From positions 337,598-399,597 of the forward strand of contig NC_057758.1 of NCBI RefSeq assembly GCF_004010195.1: DNA of 62,000 bases, in the 5' to 3' direction. The notes beneath the pieces were generated by a model that saw only the letters and a program-made list of their open reading frames with translations, had not been told where the DNA came from and searched no databases. The first letter of the stretch is position 1. Each line of letters begins with the position of its first letter. This DNA is from Chiloscyllium plagiosum (lineage: Eukaryota). Below, in pieces: positions 24,930 through 35,700 of this stretch. The translations under genes were made by a program, and so were the position numbers.

Positions 24930-25250
24930 ATCATTATCAAGCATTTACAGGTTTGTCTAAGACGAGGGGATATCAGTTTATCTTGTGGATTTAGTGGTTT
25001 CGAGGAAATTTGAAGCTTTTCACCTAGCTACAGCGTGGTAAAATATCGAAAATGCTGCATGAGGTGTGGTGAAGGCAGATAATATCACTACATTTAAAAA
25101 GCATCTGAATTAACACTTAATTTGGTGGGGCATAGTAGGCTATGTATCAAGTGCAGGTAAACTGAATAAGACAAATTTGGTGTTTATTGGTCAGCATAGA
25201 AACAATTGGCCAAAGGACATGTTTCTCTGTTGTATGATTCTCTGACTCCA
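24930..25250 (+). mobile_element. Old CR1 3' end
   Basis: tctaagacgagggg...ggccaaaggacatgtttctctgttgtatgattctctgactccatg tail. Confidence 0.7.
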
Positions 25251-25850
25251 TGTTTTGTTCAGTGAAATAATATGTTAACATTAGATTGATAAGATCATTT
25301 CCCTCTCGACACCTGGATGCCATCAGCGGGGATTAAATTCCGTCATCCCATGATGACCATTCCTTCTCGACCTTTTCGCTTACCATTTAGTTCAATGTAA
25401 ATCAAGACGGGTCTCACGACCGCTATGAAACATCCTCTCATGGAAAGTGACAATATACCTGTTATTACACTCAGTGACATGTACATACATGATTTTTGTT
25501 TTCCATACTCTGTGTAAGAGGTACACTATTTGGAAACGAAGTTCTGGCTCAAATCCAAGAAGAATAAATCAGAATTACAAAATTGGAATATTATCACGAA
25601 TGCACTGCTGTTTGTGAAACTTTTTTTCTGGTTTCTGGTTATCTCAATGAGGGGAAGCGAATGCTCTCCTGCCGCTACATGTACAAAGCATGTTGGTTGA
25701 GATACACTTGCTGAATATGTTTGTTCAGATACTTCATTAATGTCTGTCTGCAGGGAACTTTTTCTTGTCGCTGGGGATATCTCATCTTCTCTTTATAAGG
25801 GAGACTTTCAAAATGTGATCTTATTGCATCGAGGAAGCCCTTAGCTTTGG

Positions 25851-25862
25851 CATAAAAAGGGG
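25851..25862 (+). promoter_or_regulatory. Candidate TATA-like box (CATAAAAAGGGG) for the GPCR gene
   Basis: CATAAAA variant 36 bp upstream of the first in-frame ATG and 81 bp upstream of the strong-Kozak ATG at 25932; position is the only evidence. Confidence 0.35.
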
Positions 25863-25886
25863 TCAGCATCTCTCAGAGAAAGAGCA

Positions 25887-26112
25887 ATGATTGGTCATAA
25901 CCCGGGAATAAAACACTGGAATGTAACAGCAATGGAATCCCATCTTTGGACAGCAGATTGGAGTTCAACAAAAATGAACAGGGGATTCCCCTCACAAATC
26001 GCCTATTACATTAGAAATCAGCATTGGATGACAGTCTACTACCGAATACGATGCGTACTCCTGCTGTTTCAGCACGTTTACTATCCCTTACTTGCTGCTG
26101 TTGGTGTCTTTG
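25887..26112 (+). CDS. gpr139-like: Exon 1 of GPR139/GPR142-like class A GPCR (N-terminus + first half of TM1)
   Basis: MIGHNPGIKHWNVTAME...FQHVYYPLLAAVGVF ends at a consensus donor TTTG|GTAAGT (phase 1). NVT glycosylation sequon. Alternative start GCAATGG at 25932. Confidence 0.88.
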
Positions 26113-26599
26113 GTAAGTCTATCGGTCCAGTGAATTCAGGTCCATGAAATGAAGTTGAGGAGTAAATCAAAAGAAGAGAAATAAGCAGTTTAGACGTTTG
26201 TGATGACCACGTGCTGCCTTAAAGGGACTCGTCTGCGTGGACGTATGCTTTGTGGTACATAGTGATACAATAACTGGGGATTCAATTCTGACATCCCATG
26301 AGCGTTTCTTACTTCCCGATTTTTTGCCGTACCATTTATATCAATCTGAGACCAAGATGAGTTTCAATACCTCTATCAAATCTCCTCTCTTGGAACCTGA
26401 GCATGTATTGCTATCAAATCTGCTCTCCTGTAACGTGCCCATGTATCGATTATCCCCATCCTGATCTCTGTTCCAGTTTCTGATGAAAGATCCCCCAACG
26501 CTCCACATTGTAAGTGGCTTTAATCTGAACCCGTGCTCACCAATTCGACTTGCAAAAAATGTATCACTTCTTGCTTTTAAAGCTTAATATCATGGATAT

Positions 26600-26985
26600 T
26601 AGACTCACGGTTTCTTGGATACAGACATCCACTTCCTCCACCAATGACACATTATAGCAGCAGTGTGTACTATCTACAGGGTTCACTGCAGAAATTAATC
26701 AAAGATCCTTAACCAGCACCTTTCAATAACCTTGGGACTTCCCTTTAGATGGACAAGGGCAGCAGATGCGGGAGATCACCATCATCCTGACTTGGAAATA
26801 TATCAGCCATCTCTTCAGTGCTGTTGACTCACAACCTGAAAACTCCCACATTAATAGCATTGTACTGTCAATATCACAGAGACTGCAACAGGTTAAGAGG
26901 GCAGCTCATCACAGCTATCTTCTCGGATCAAATACAAATGAGCAATGAAATTGCTGGCCGGCCAGGGACGCCCAGGTCCAACAAG
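26600..26985 (+). mobile_element. Old LINE 3' fragment (family also at 28530-29060 on - and 40850-42500 on +)
   Basis: gcagcagtgtgtactatctacagg...caccatcatcctgacttggaaatatatc...ggttaagagggcagctcatcacagc; matches the other copies in this window. Confidence 0.65.
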
Positions 26986-27025
26986 TATATAAAAATAAGA
27001 TATGAATCGAAGATTGGCATTGGTT

Positions 27026-27340
27026 GGCGGCACGGTGGCACAGTGGTTAGCACTGCTGCCTCATAGCGCCAGAGACCCGGGTTCAATTCCCGCCTCAGGC
27101 GACTGACTGTGTGGAGTTTGCACATTCTTCCCGTGTCTGCGTGGGTTTCCTCCGGGTGCTCCGATTTCCTCCCATAGTCCAAAGATGTGCAGGTCAGGTG
27201 AAGTGGCCATGCTAAATTGCCCGTAGTGTTAGGTAAGGGGTAAATGTAGGGGTATGGGTGGATTGCGCTTCGGTGGGTCGGTGTGGACTTGTTGGGCCGA
27301 AGGACCTGTTTCCACATTGTAAGTAATCTAATCTAATCTA
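27026..27340 (+). mobile_element. Young full-length V-SINE (intronic)
   Basis: Complete head with A/B boxes, V-domain and (AATCT)n tail. Confidence 0.95.
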
Positions 27341-27699
27341 AAAAAATGTTATTGTATTGTGTCTGCTAAAGTGCCCTGCTTCTTTCAATAATGTATGCAA
27401 AGAGGACTGGAAAACCAAACTTTAATCTTACACATTTTCTGATTGATTTTTCTTTCCTGCAAAAATAAATTGCAGGCGTTATTTGTCATTTGTCCTCCTT
27501 TTCATTCCAAGGTTCAACGCCATGGTCATGTTCAGAAATTATGTTCCTGTGGGGTGCTGACCTTTCAAAGTGTTGCCAAAACCTACATCGCCACAAAACC
27601 TTCTGATTGTGTCATCCATGCCAGTTAACTCAACAATGGAGTCTGTAAAGATTACTAAGACTGCCATTGAGTATTGAGTAACAGGAACTGATTGCCTCA

Positions 27700-27980
27700 G
27701 GAGTTCAGTTGAAGAGTCACTGCACCCGAGATGTTGACTCTGTTTTGCCTCTACAGATACTGCCAGAGCTGCTGAGTTTCTGTAGTCATTTCTGCTTTCG
27801 TAAATAATTGCCTTCTCACAGTCGAACCAACAAAACCAATAAAAAAAAACAGAAAGAACTGGAGAGTCTGGAAAAGAGAAGTAAAACCAAAAGTAGTCGT
27901 GCAACTCAGCAAGTCTGGCAGCAACTGTGGTGAAAAGTTGGAGATAACATTTCAGCTCAATTGACTCTTCTTCAGAACCA
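27700..27980. mobile_element. Decayed Penelope pLTR pieces in opposite orientations
   Basis: + copy gaagagtcactgcacccgagatgttgactctg...; - copy whose reverse complement reads CTGAAGAAGAGTCAATTGAGCTGAAATGTT (degenerate hammerhead-like). Confidence 0.5.
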
Positions 27981-28221
27981 CTTCTAGCATTATTGAAGAA
28001 TTAATTTTAATATATGTGAGTACTCTCTGCAACATTTACCTGGGACATGAGTCCTTATTATATTGTTGCCTTAATATCCTTATGTATTTACATCTTCATA
28101 ATTCTGGAGTCTGTTTCCCATTACATTACATTTGTTTATTTCTCTGATGGAACGTTGATGTCGTTGGTTGGGATGAGAATTTATTGCCAGTTCCCAATTG
28201 TCGTTTTGGCAAAGTGTATAG

Positions 28222-28529
28222 ATCAGATTCTTCTATACTGTGGAAACAGGCCCTTCAGCCCAACAAATCCACGTTGCCTGTCCGAAGACTAACACACTCA
28301 GGCCCATTTCCCTCTGACTAATACACCTAACATTTTGGGCAATTTAGCACGTCCAATCCACCTGACCTGCACATCTTTGGACTGTGGTGGGAAACCGGAG
28401 CACCCGGAGGAAACACATGCAGACACGGCGAGAATAGACAAACACCACAAAGACAGCCACACGAGACTGAAGTCGAACCTACATTCTTGGCGCTGTAAGG
28501 CAACAGGGGTAACCACTGAGGCACGGTGC
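28222..28529 (-). mobile_element. V-SINE (older, intronic)
   Basis: gtggaaacaggcccttcagcccaac...ggaaaccggagcacccggaggaaac. Confidence 0.9.
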
Positions 28530-29060
28530 ACTGCCTTCTTTAACCACTGAAGTCCACAACATGGACAGGGAACAACAACGTCACGCGGAGGGAATTCCCG
28601 AATTTTAACACAACAATCCTGAAGGAACGGCTGATATATATCCAAGTCAGGAAAGTGAGTGGCTTGTAGAGAATCTTGCAGGTGTTGGCGTTCTTATGCA
28701 CATGCGTCCTTGTCGTTCGAGATCAAAATGTTCATGGGTTTGGAAGGTGCTATATCAGATTCTTAAGTTAATGTATGGGGGTGAATCTGTTCGATAGTAA
28801 ACACATCTGCTCCTGAGATTGATAGTGAAGGGTGTGGATATTTGTGGAGGTGGTGCTAAGTAAGTCACATCTTTTTTTTTATTCCTGGAGTCAACCTTCT
28901 TGAGTGTAATTCAAGCTGCATCTATTCAGGTAAGTGGTGTATATTCTATGTCAGTCCAAACAGTGTCCTTTCAACAGCTTTGGGGCATTCATGAAATCAA
29001 TAACTCGCTGCAGGATTCCCAAGTTCATGTAGCTGCTGCATTTTCGGGCAATTCCAGATT
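28530..29060 (-). mobile_element. Old LINE 3' fragment
   Basis: Reverse complement of the 26600/41400-type sequence (atatatccaagtcagg, tttggaaggtgc). Confidence 0.6.
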
Positions 29061-29374
29061 AGGGTGAATGATAACCAAGTCTTAATACTGCAAGCAGTCA
29101 AATTTAGGTGCAGTAAATAAAAACATCACTGTATGCAGTCAGAGTTTCCATGAAGTTAATGCACTTCCCCCAAACATGAGTCCTTCCTCCCAACCTGTTG
29201 TGCGGTTTCTCTGGTATGTTCTATTCTTCAAAGTCGACTTCAGGTACAGAGGCTTTCCCCACTGGACCAGAACTCTCTCAAAGCAGTCAATGGGCTCATT
29301 GCACAATCAGCAGATGCAGAAACAGTGTCAACTGAATGTGCTGTACGAAACAGGAGTGGGGACAAGAGTCCGGT

Positions 29375-29490
29375 TTACTGAAGAACTGCCTGGACCAGAA
29401 GCATTATATCTGTTCCTCTCTCCACAGATGCGGCCAGACCCGTTGAGTGTTCTTTCAGTCATTTCTGTTTTCGCTTCAGATTTCCAATTT
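29375..29490 (+). mobile_element. Decayed Penelope pLTR
   Basis: ctgaagaac...ctctctccacagatgcggccagacccgttgagt...tttctgttttcgcttcagatttcc. Confidence 0.5.
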
Positions 29491-30547
29491 ATTCTTCTAT
29501 TTTCACTGTCTCATGTTTTAATCTGGCACAAGAGAAGCAGGGAGGGGAGAAGCGTGCAGATCGAGGAATATTATTGAAAATTAGCCTTTACTTTTATGGC
29601 TAAAATTGAGTTGTGTCTATTGGAGTTTCAAAGAGTCAAAAGTGAAATGTAAGAACTCCAAATGTGACCCACCTGCGTGAATTTGAGAAGGAGACTTCCC
29701 TCATTCTTTTGTTGGACTTAGAGGGTCTAAATATTTTTCCAAGTAAATGTTGAAGCAAAATTCTTAAATTCAAAATCAAGCATATCGAGGGACATGAGAT
29801 GCAGACTTGGAGAAGAGACTGTAATGCAGGTCTTGCAACTCAAGCGTTATGAGTCGCATACAATCAATAGAGCTCAGTGAGCGGCAAATCAACACATGAA
29901 ATTTTGAAACTGTTGATCTGCTATAATCCATTTCTAAATGATGGCTGGCACTGATACCAGGAATGGAGGGATTGGGCTGAACAAATACCCTTATTACAAG
30001 ATCCCTTCACATTGTGCAAATAACAATATGAAATACTCATACCTTTTCTCAGCCAGAGGAATCTCATATTTTTTTATCTTGTAATCCATTCAGTGAACAT
30101 GATAGATGTTCAAATACCATCTGTGCTTTCGGCATGATTATATGGAATGCAGGAAAGAGCTGCACCACTAATTTTGTTGGTTCAGTAAAGTGAGAACTTT
30201 GGTGCCTACATTCCTGCCTTATCTTATCCCGTCAGTCTACTTCCAATTATCAGCTAAGTGTAGGCCTATTGTCTTTAGTGACATGTTCACTGAGGACTAG
30301 TGAGTTTTCTTGTTCTGTCCTTCACACAGAGACGGGAGTGTGATATTGGAAAAAAACAGGACAGGTCAGTCAGCATTCTAGGAGCAGGGGAATTGACGTT
30401 TTGGGGAAAAGCCGAAAAGTAAGTTACATCATGGCAATACTTGAGAAATTCAGCAGGTCTGGCAAAATATGTGCATGGAGACAGAAACAGAGTTCAGTTA
30501 CATCACAGTCCTACGCCATATCCTTCAACTGTGACCACCTATCTAAC

Positions 30548-30590
30548 AGACACACACACACGCATGCGCGCACACACGCGCAGACGCACA

Positions 30591-30651
<61 letters not shown>
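30548..30651. repeat. (CA)n microsatellite in the GPCR intron
   Basis: Interrupted then pure CA run. Confidence 0.97.
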
Positions 30652-30653
<2 letters not shown>

Positions 30654-30970
30654 CCCCATCTCTGGTTGTGAACTCGAACAGTTATCGGGGACCTTCATCT
30701 TGCAAACGCCTGCCTAGTCATCTTTCAATTCGGGCACGGATCTCCTTTAGGTTATGAAATATAAGGCCAGTATGACTTAAATATGCACAAGGACTCTTGC
30801 CTCCACAACAGTTTGTGGCAAGGAGTTTGATGGACACAAGAGAGAAACCAGCAAACCTTCTTAAATGTGCATCTCTTATTTTGGAGGCTATGTCACTCTC
30901 AATACTGTCATTGTAATGTACGATTTTAAAATGATGTATAATTTCCAGGTTTTATTGCGCTTTCCCACAG

Positions 30971-31989
30971 TTAACATACTGGCGATTGGAATCTTATCTC
31001 GGGCTAAGTGCGGTATATCCAAATGTGTAACCCGGTATCTGGTGTTCATGGCAATGGCAGATCTACTGGTCAACATCTTTGATCTGATATTGAGGCACAT
31101 TCCAATTGTTTATTTGTCAAAATTTCTTTTTGTGAAGTTCATTCCGGTGTGCAACATCCATGCCATTCTTGTCTATGCAGCTACGGACTCTTCTGTCTGG
31201 TTCACTGTCGCTTTCACCTTCGATCGATTTCTGGCCATCTGTTGTCACAAACTGAAACACAAATATTGTAACGGGAAAATTGCATCAGTTGTTTTGGGAA
31301 CAGTCATGGTACTCAGCTGTTTAAAGAATATTTTCTGGTATTTCATGTTAACAAGTCAGTATCGGCTAAAGAATATTCCTTGGTTTTGTGAGTTAAGATC
31401 GGGTCTTAAATTCTCTAAATTTTGGGGCACAGTTGAAATCACTCATCATCTTCTAAATCCGTGGTTGCCAATTCTTTTGACAGTGTTGTTTAATGCTTTA
31501 TGTATAAGACAAATTCTAGTTGCCAACAGAACCCGTAGGAGACTCCGGACACTCAGCAAGGGAAAGACTGTCACAGATCCAAAAATAGAGAATCGAAAGA
31601 AATCTATAATTTTACTGTTTCTCATCTCGGCCAACTTCTTACTGGCATGGGTAGTCATTATGGTTTATTCAATTTGGTACCGGGCGAGGTTATTAGGACA
31701 GAAGTTAATATTTCTCCATTATTTTGTTCGGGAAATTGGATACATCTGCCAGCTCACCAGTTGCTGCACAAATATCTGTATTTATGCTGTGACATTAACC
31801 AAGTTCAGGGAGCAGATGTATGATATACTCAAATATCCAATTGCTATCTCACGAAAATTATTTAATGAAATAAAAAAGCAGTTAAAAAGCAAGAAATCGG
31901 TTATAAATCAGATTCACTTGCCTTTTGCATGGCCTCAGAAAGAGAAACCAAAGGGGGTCAGTGAGCACAAATCAGCATGTGGTAATTAA
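30971..31989 (+). CDS. gpr139-like: Exon 2 of GPR139/GPR142-like GPCR (rest of TM1 to C-terminus); spliced product 414 aa
   Basis: Acceptor TTTATTGCGCTTTCCCACAG| in phase 1 (G+TT = Val). VNILAIGILSRAKCGISKCVTRYL, MAMADLLV (TM2), SVWFTVAFTFDRFLAICC (TM3), RKKSIILLFLISANFLLAW (TM6), SCCTNICIYAVT (TM7), KFREQ (helix 8). No internal stop. Confidence 0.93.
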
Positions 31990-32239
31990 ACACAATGAAG
32001 TCGGTCTATTCTTCCCCTTGGTCAGTGATATGCACGCAATATGATCACTCTGTTCTCTCGGTTTCTGCTACATTTGTGTGTTGCTTTGTTTGCATGCCCA
32101 AGATTCATATTCCAATCTCCTCTGCATCCTCTCCCACATTATCACATCCTTCACATGCTGTGGTCTTCCATTTGTCACCTAACAAATGTTGTACACAGCT
32201 ACATCCTAACATGCTTGTTCATGTGCTCAGTCCGTCACT

Positions 32240-32245
32240 AATAAA
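32240..32245 (+). terminator. Candidate polyadenylation signal AATAAA
   Basis: First AATAAA downstream of the stop, followed by T-rich sequence. Confidence 0.35.
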
Positions 32246-32559
32246 GGCCATTATAAGAAATCACTTCTGATCTTCTTTCTGTATCTTTATGGCTGCCTTC
32301 AAGGATTCATACAAACATTCCCCTGCTCATCTGTAATTCCTGATGTCCCGCCATTCAGCATGTACTCTTATGCCTTCTGAACACTCACAATTGTGTATCA
32401 CTCACTCTGATCCATTTGCCACGGTTCAGCCTTTCTCAGTTGTTCTGTGTTCAATGGATATCTTCCTCATTAAAAAGCCGCCCATCTTTAATCTCTGGAA
32501 CATTGATGCATAAACCAATCAACAAGTGACACGGTAATGACACCTATGGTACACAACTG

Positions 32560-32790
32560 GACACAACGTTTCACCCAGAAATGCACCCTGCCTGTTCGAA
32601 CCGCTCACTGTTGATCTCCTGCTTCTTTTGCCCTGTCCCTGGCTCCATCGGGAACCACATACACTTTGTCTATCCTGAGCACTCCGAATTGATCTCTTGC
32701 CTGTACCTCACCGTCACTGCTCCACAGAACTCCATAGAAATCTTGTCTGTCCTAACACCATACTATTGATCTCTTGCCAGTTTTACTGTT
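32560..32790. repeat. Old ~78-bp tandem repeat (about 3 copies)
   Basis: TTGATCTCYTGC recurs at 32611, 32689 and 32766 with alignable intervening sequence. Confidence 0.6.
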
Positions 32791-33009
32791 CACATTTTCT
32801 TTCGTATTCTCACCACAACTTGAACAGCACTGCTATGCCTAAACTACTCAGACAACGGCACAGATAATATTTAGGTTCATAATCTTCCAAGGGGGAGCGT
32901 TTCCTCCCAGTTAGCGAGAGAGTATGGGTCTTTATCAACAGAGTTTCATTTTGAGCGAAAGTTTGGGCATTTGAACTAAAATGGTAATCAATCACTTACA
33001 GGGGGCAAA

Positions 33010-33435
33010 AAAAAAAAACCCAGAGAGACAGATTGACACACAAACAGATACAGCGAGCGAGAGAAGTAGAAAGTGAAAGTCATGCAGTTAGCAGAGTGAG
33101 AGAGACATAGACCGACAGACAGGGCGACAAAGATGGAGAAAGAAAAATCAACGAAGCATGACAGATAAAGAGAGTGTGAAAGTGGATGACAGTCTGCGAG
33201 AGGCAATGTGAGAGTGAAATACAAAGGTGAATATACGCAACGAGAGAGAGAATAGACATCTGAGAAAGCTAGATCACTCAGATATAACCAGAGAGAAGCA
33301 CGGAAACAAATAGAGACATACAGTCATGCAGAGAGAGAAAATAAGGCTCATAAAGTGCGTGAGAAGAACAGAGAGAGGAAAACGTAGAGGGATGATGTGG
33401 AAAAGGGAGTCAGAAACTGAAATAGAGTGAGACAA
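33010..33435. repeat. GA-rich low-complexity / decayed (GA)n tract
   Basis: Purine-rich gagagaca-type repeats. Confidence 0.8.
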
Positions 33436-33439
33436 GTAA

Positions 33440-35700
33440 CGAACTGTAACAATGTTTATGCTGTACCACAGGCCTCCCATCAGTGAACGTGAGATATACA
33501 TACACTATGTAAACTGATAATGGAAAGATATATGAGCAACAGAGTGGTGTAGATAGGAAATTTTAAATTATCAGCTATTGACTGGGATTCGGTTAGATGG
33601 TATAGATCGAGAAAAATATGTAAGGTGAATGGAGGGGGATTTCCTCGAACAGTATGTCAATACTCCAATTCAGGAAGGGGTTATGCAGGGCATGGCGTTG
33701 GGTAGTGAGCCCGGTCAGGTGAGCGAGGTTTCAGAAAGGGATTAATTTGTGAATAATGATCCTAATTCCATAAAGTTCAGAGTACTCTTGGAAAAAGATG
33801 AGAGCGGTCCGAAAGGAAGAATGCTACATTGAGAAGAGGACAACTGTAGCAACATTCTTCACGAGCTGGGAAATGTGAATGGACTCAGCGTATTAAGGGT
33901 AAATTCACAATTGCTATGTGTGAGGATTTTAACGAGAGTTTGATCAGAGAGCAGTACTGACATGTTCCAGTGAAAATGAAGATTAAAAATGGCAAGACAG
34001 GGAACCATGGATTTCAGGTGAAATTGTGAAACTAGTTGTGAGAAAAAAATGAAGCATACATAAGGACCAGGCGATTGAAAACAGACGAAGTTTTGGAAGA
34101 ATATTGGCCAAGCTGAAACGAGGAATTAAGAGGGTTGAAAGGTAACATGAAAATTTTTTAGATGGCAGGATTAAGGAAAATCCCAAAAATTTTTAGTCGT
34201 ATATAAGAAGCAAGAGGGTAACGAAAGAAGGAATTTGCCATTCAAGAATAAAGGAGGACAGTTATGCGTGCACTCGAGAAAATGTGTGGGATTCCTAGTG
34301 AGAATGTTGCATTGGCATTCACCAAGGAGAGGGACATAATGGATGTTGAGGTTTGAGATAGATGTTTGATTGCTCGAGATCAAGTAGGCGTAAGGAAGGA
34401 GGAAGTGTTGTGTATTGATAAAGGCATTAAGGTATGGATGGGATCTATCCCAGGTTGCTGGTAGAAGCAAGAGAGAAAATAGCCGGTACCTTCAGAGATA
34501 TCTTTGCAGCATCCTTGAACTCGGGTGAGATCAAGGAGGATTGGAGAATTGTTTAAACTGCCTCCTTGTTTAGAAAGAAAGCAGCGGTAATCCAGTTAAA
34601 TATAAAACAGTGAGCCTGATGTCAGGAGTACAGAAGATGTTGGAGAAGATGTTGAAAGGTCGGGTCGCTTTACATTTGGAAGAAAATTGGTTCAACAGTG
34701 ATAGACAAGAGTGTTTTGTCCAAGCAAGGTCATATCCTACGAACCTAATAGGATTGTTTGTGGAAGTTGCAAAGTGCGTCGATGAGGGAAGAGCTGCAGG
34801 ATTCACATAAATGGAGTTAAGTAAGACGTTTGATGCGGAACCCCATGGTCAGCTGATAGAGGAAGTTACGTCACGTGGGATACAGGTTGCAAGAGCTTGA
34901 TGGTTAGAGAGCTGGTTTAGCAGCAGGAGACAAAGAGTTGTAGTAGAAGGGAGTTTTTGAAATTGAGAACTTTGGCAGAGGCGTTCCACAGGCGTCTGTA
35001 TTGGGACCACTGTTATTTGTGATACACATAAATGATAGGGAGGAGGATCTAGTTGGCCTGATTAGCAACTTTGCATATGTAACTCAGACAGGTGCAGTAG
35101 CAGATAATGAAGGGGACTGCCAGAAAATGCATCAGAATATAGAGATCTTACAGAGTTGGGCAAAGAAATGGCAGGTGGAGATCCATCCTGGTAACTACGA
35201 GGCGAAGCAGTTTGGAAGATCGAATTCGAAAGCCACGTATATGCTAATTGGAAATGCCCTGGGGAAAATTCATCTGCAGGAAAATCTGGCTCTTCAGGTC
35301 CATTATACCGTGAAGGTGGCAACGAAGATCGATAAAGTGGTCAAAAAGGCATCTAGGGCCTGCTTTCTTTCATAGGATGGGGTATTGAGTACAAGGATTG
35401 GCAAGTCAGGTTATAGATGCAGAGGACCTTGGTTCAGCCACGTTTGGAATAGTCGCATAGTTCAGGTCAACACACTCCCAAAAGAATGGGGATGCTTTGG
35501 AAAGGGTGCAGAGGAGGTTCGCAAGATATTGCCTGGTACGGACGGTGCTAGCTATGAAGATAGTTTGAGTAGGTTAGAAATATCTTCATTAGAAAGAGGA
35601 AGATTGGGGGTACCTGATTGAGGTCGACAAAATCAAGAGAGGTAAAGACAAAGTGAATTCCAAGAAGCTTTTTTTCCAGAGAGGGTGACTCAATTTCACA
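33440..35700 (+). mobile_element. Degenerate CR1 ORF2 (APE-RT)
   Basis: YHRPP, IKENPK, ARSYPTNLIGLF, GPLLFVIHIND, ISNFAY, LQSWAKKWQ; many stops. Confidence 0.9.

Noticed and set aside
30865..30970. 5' part of the 374-aa ORF as the receptor N-terminus
   Set aside because: It is intronic read-through upstream of a strong acceptor; exon 1 supplies the family-typical TM1 start.
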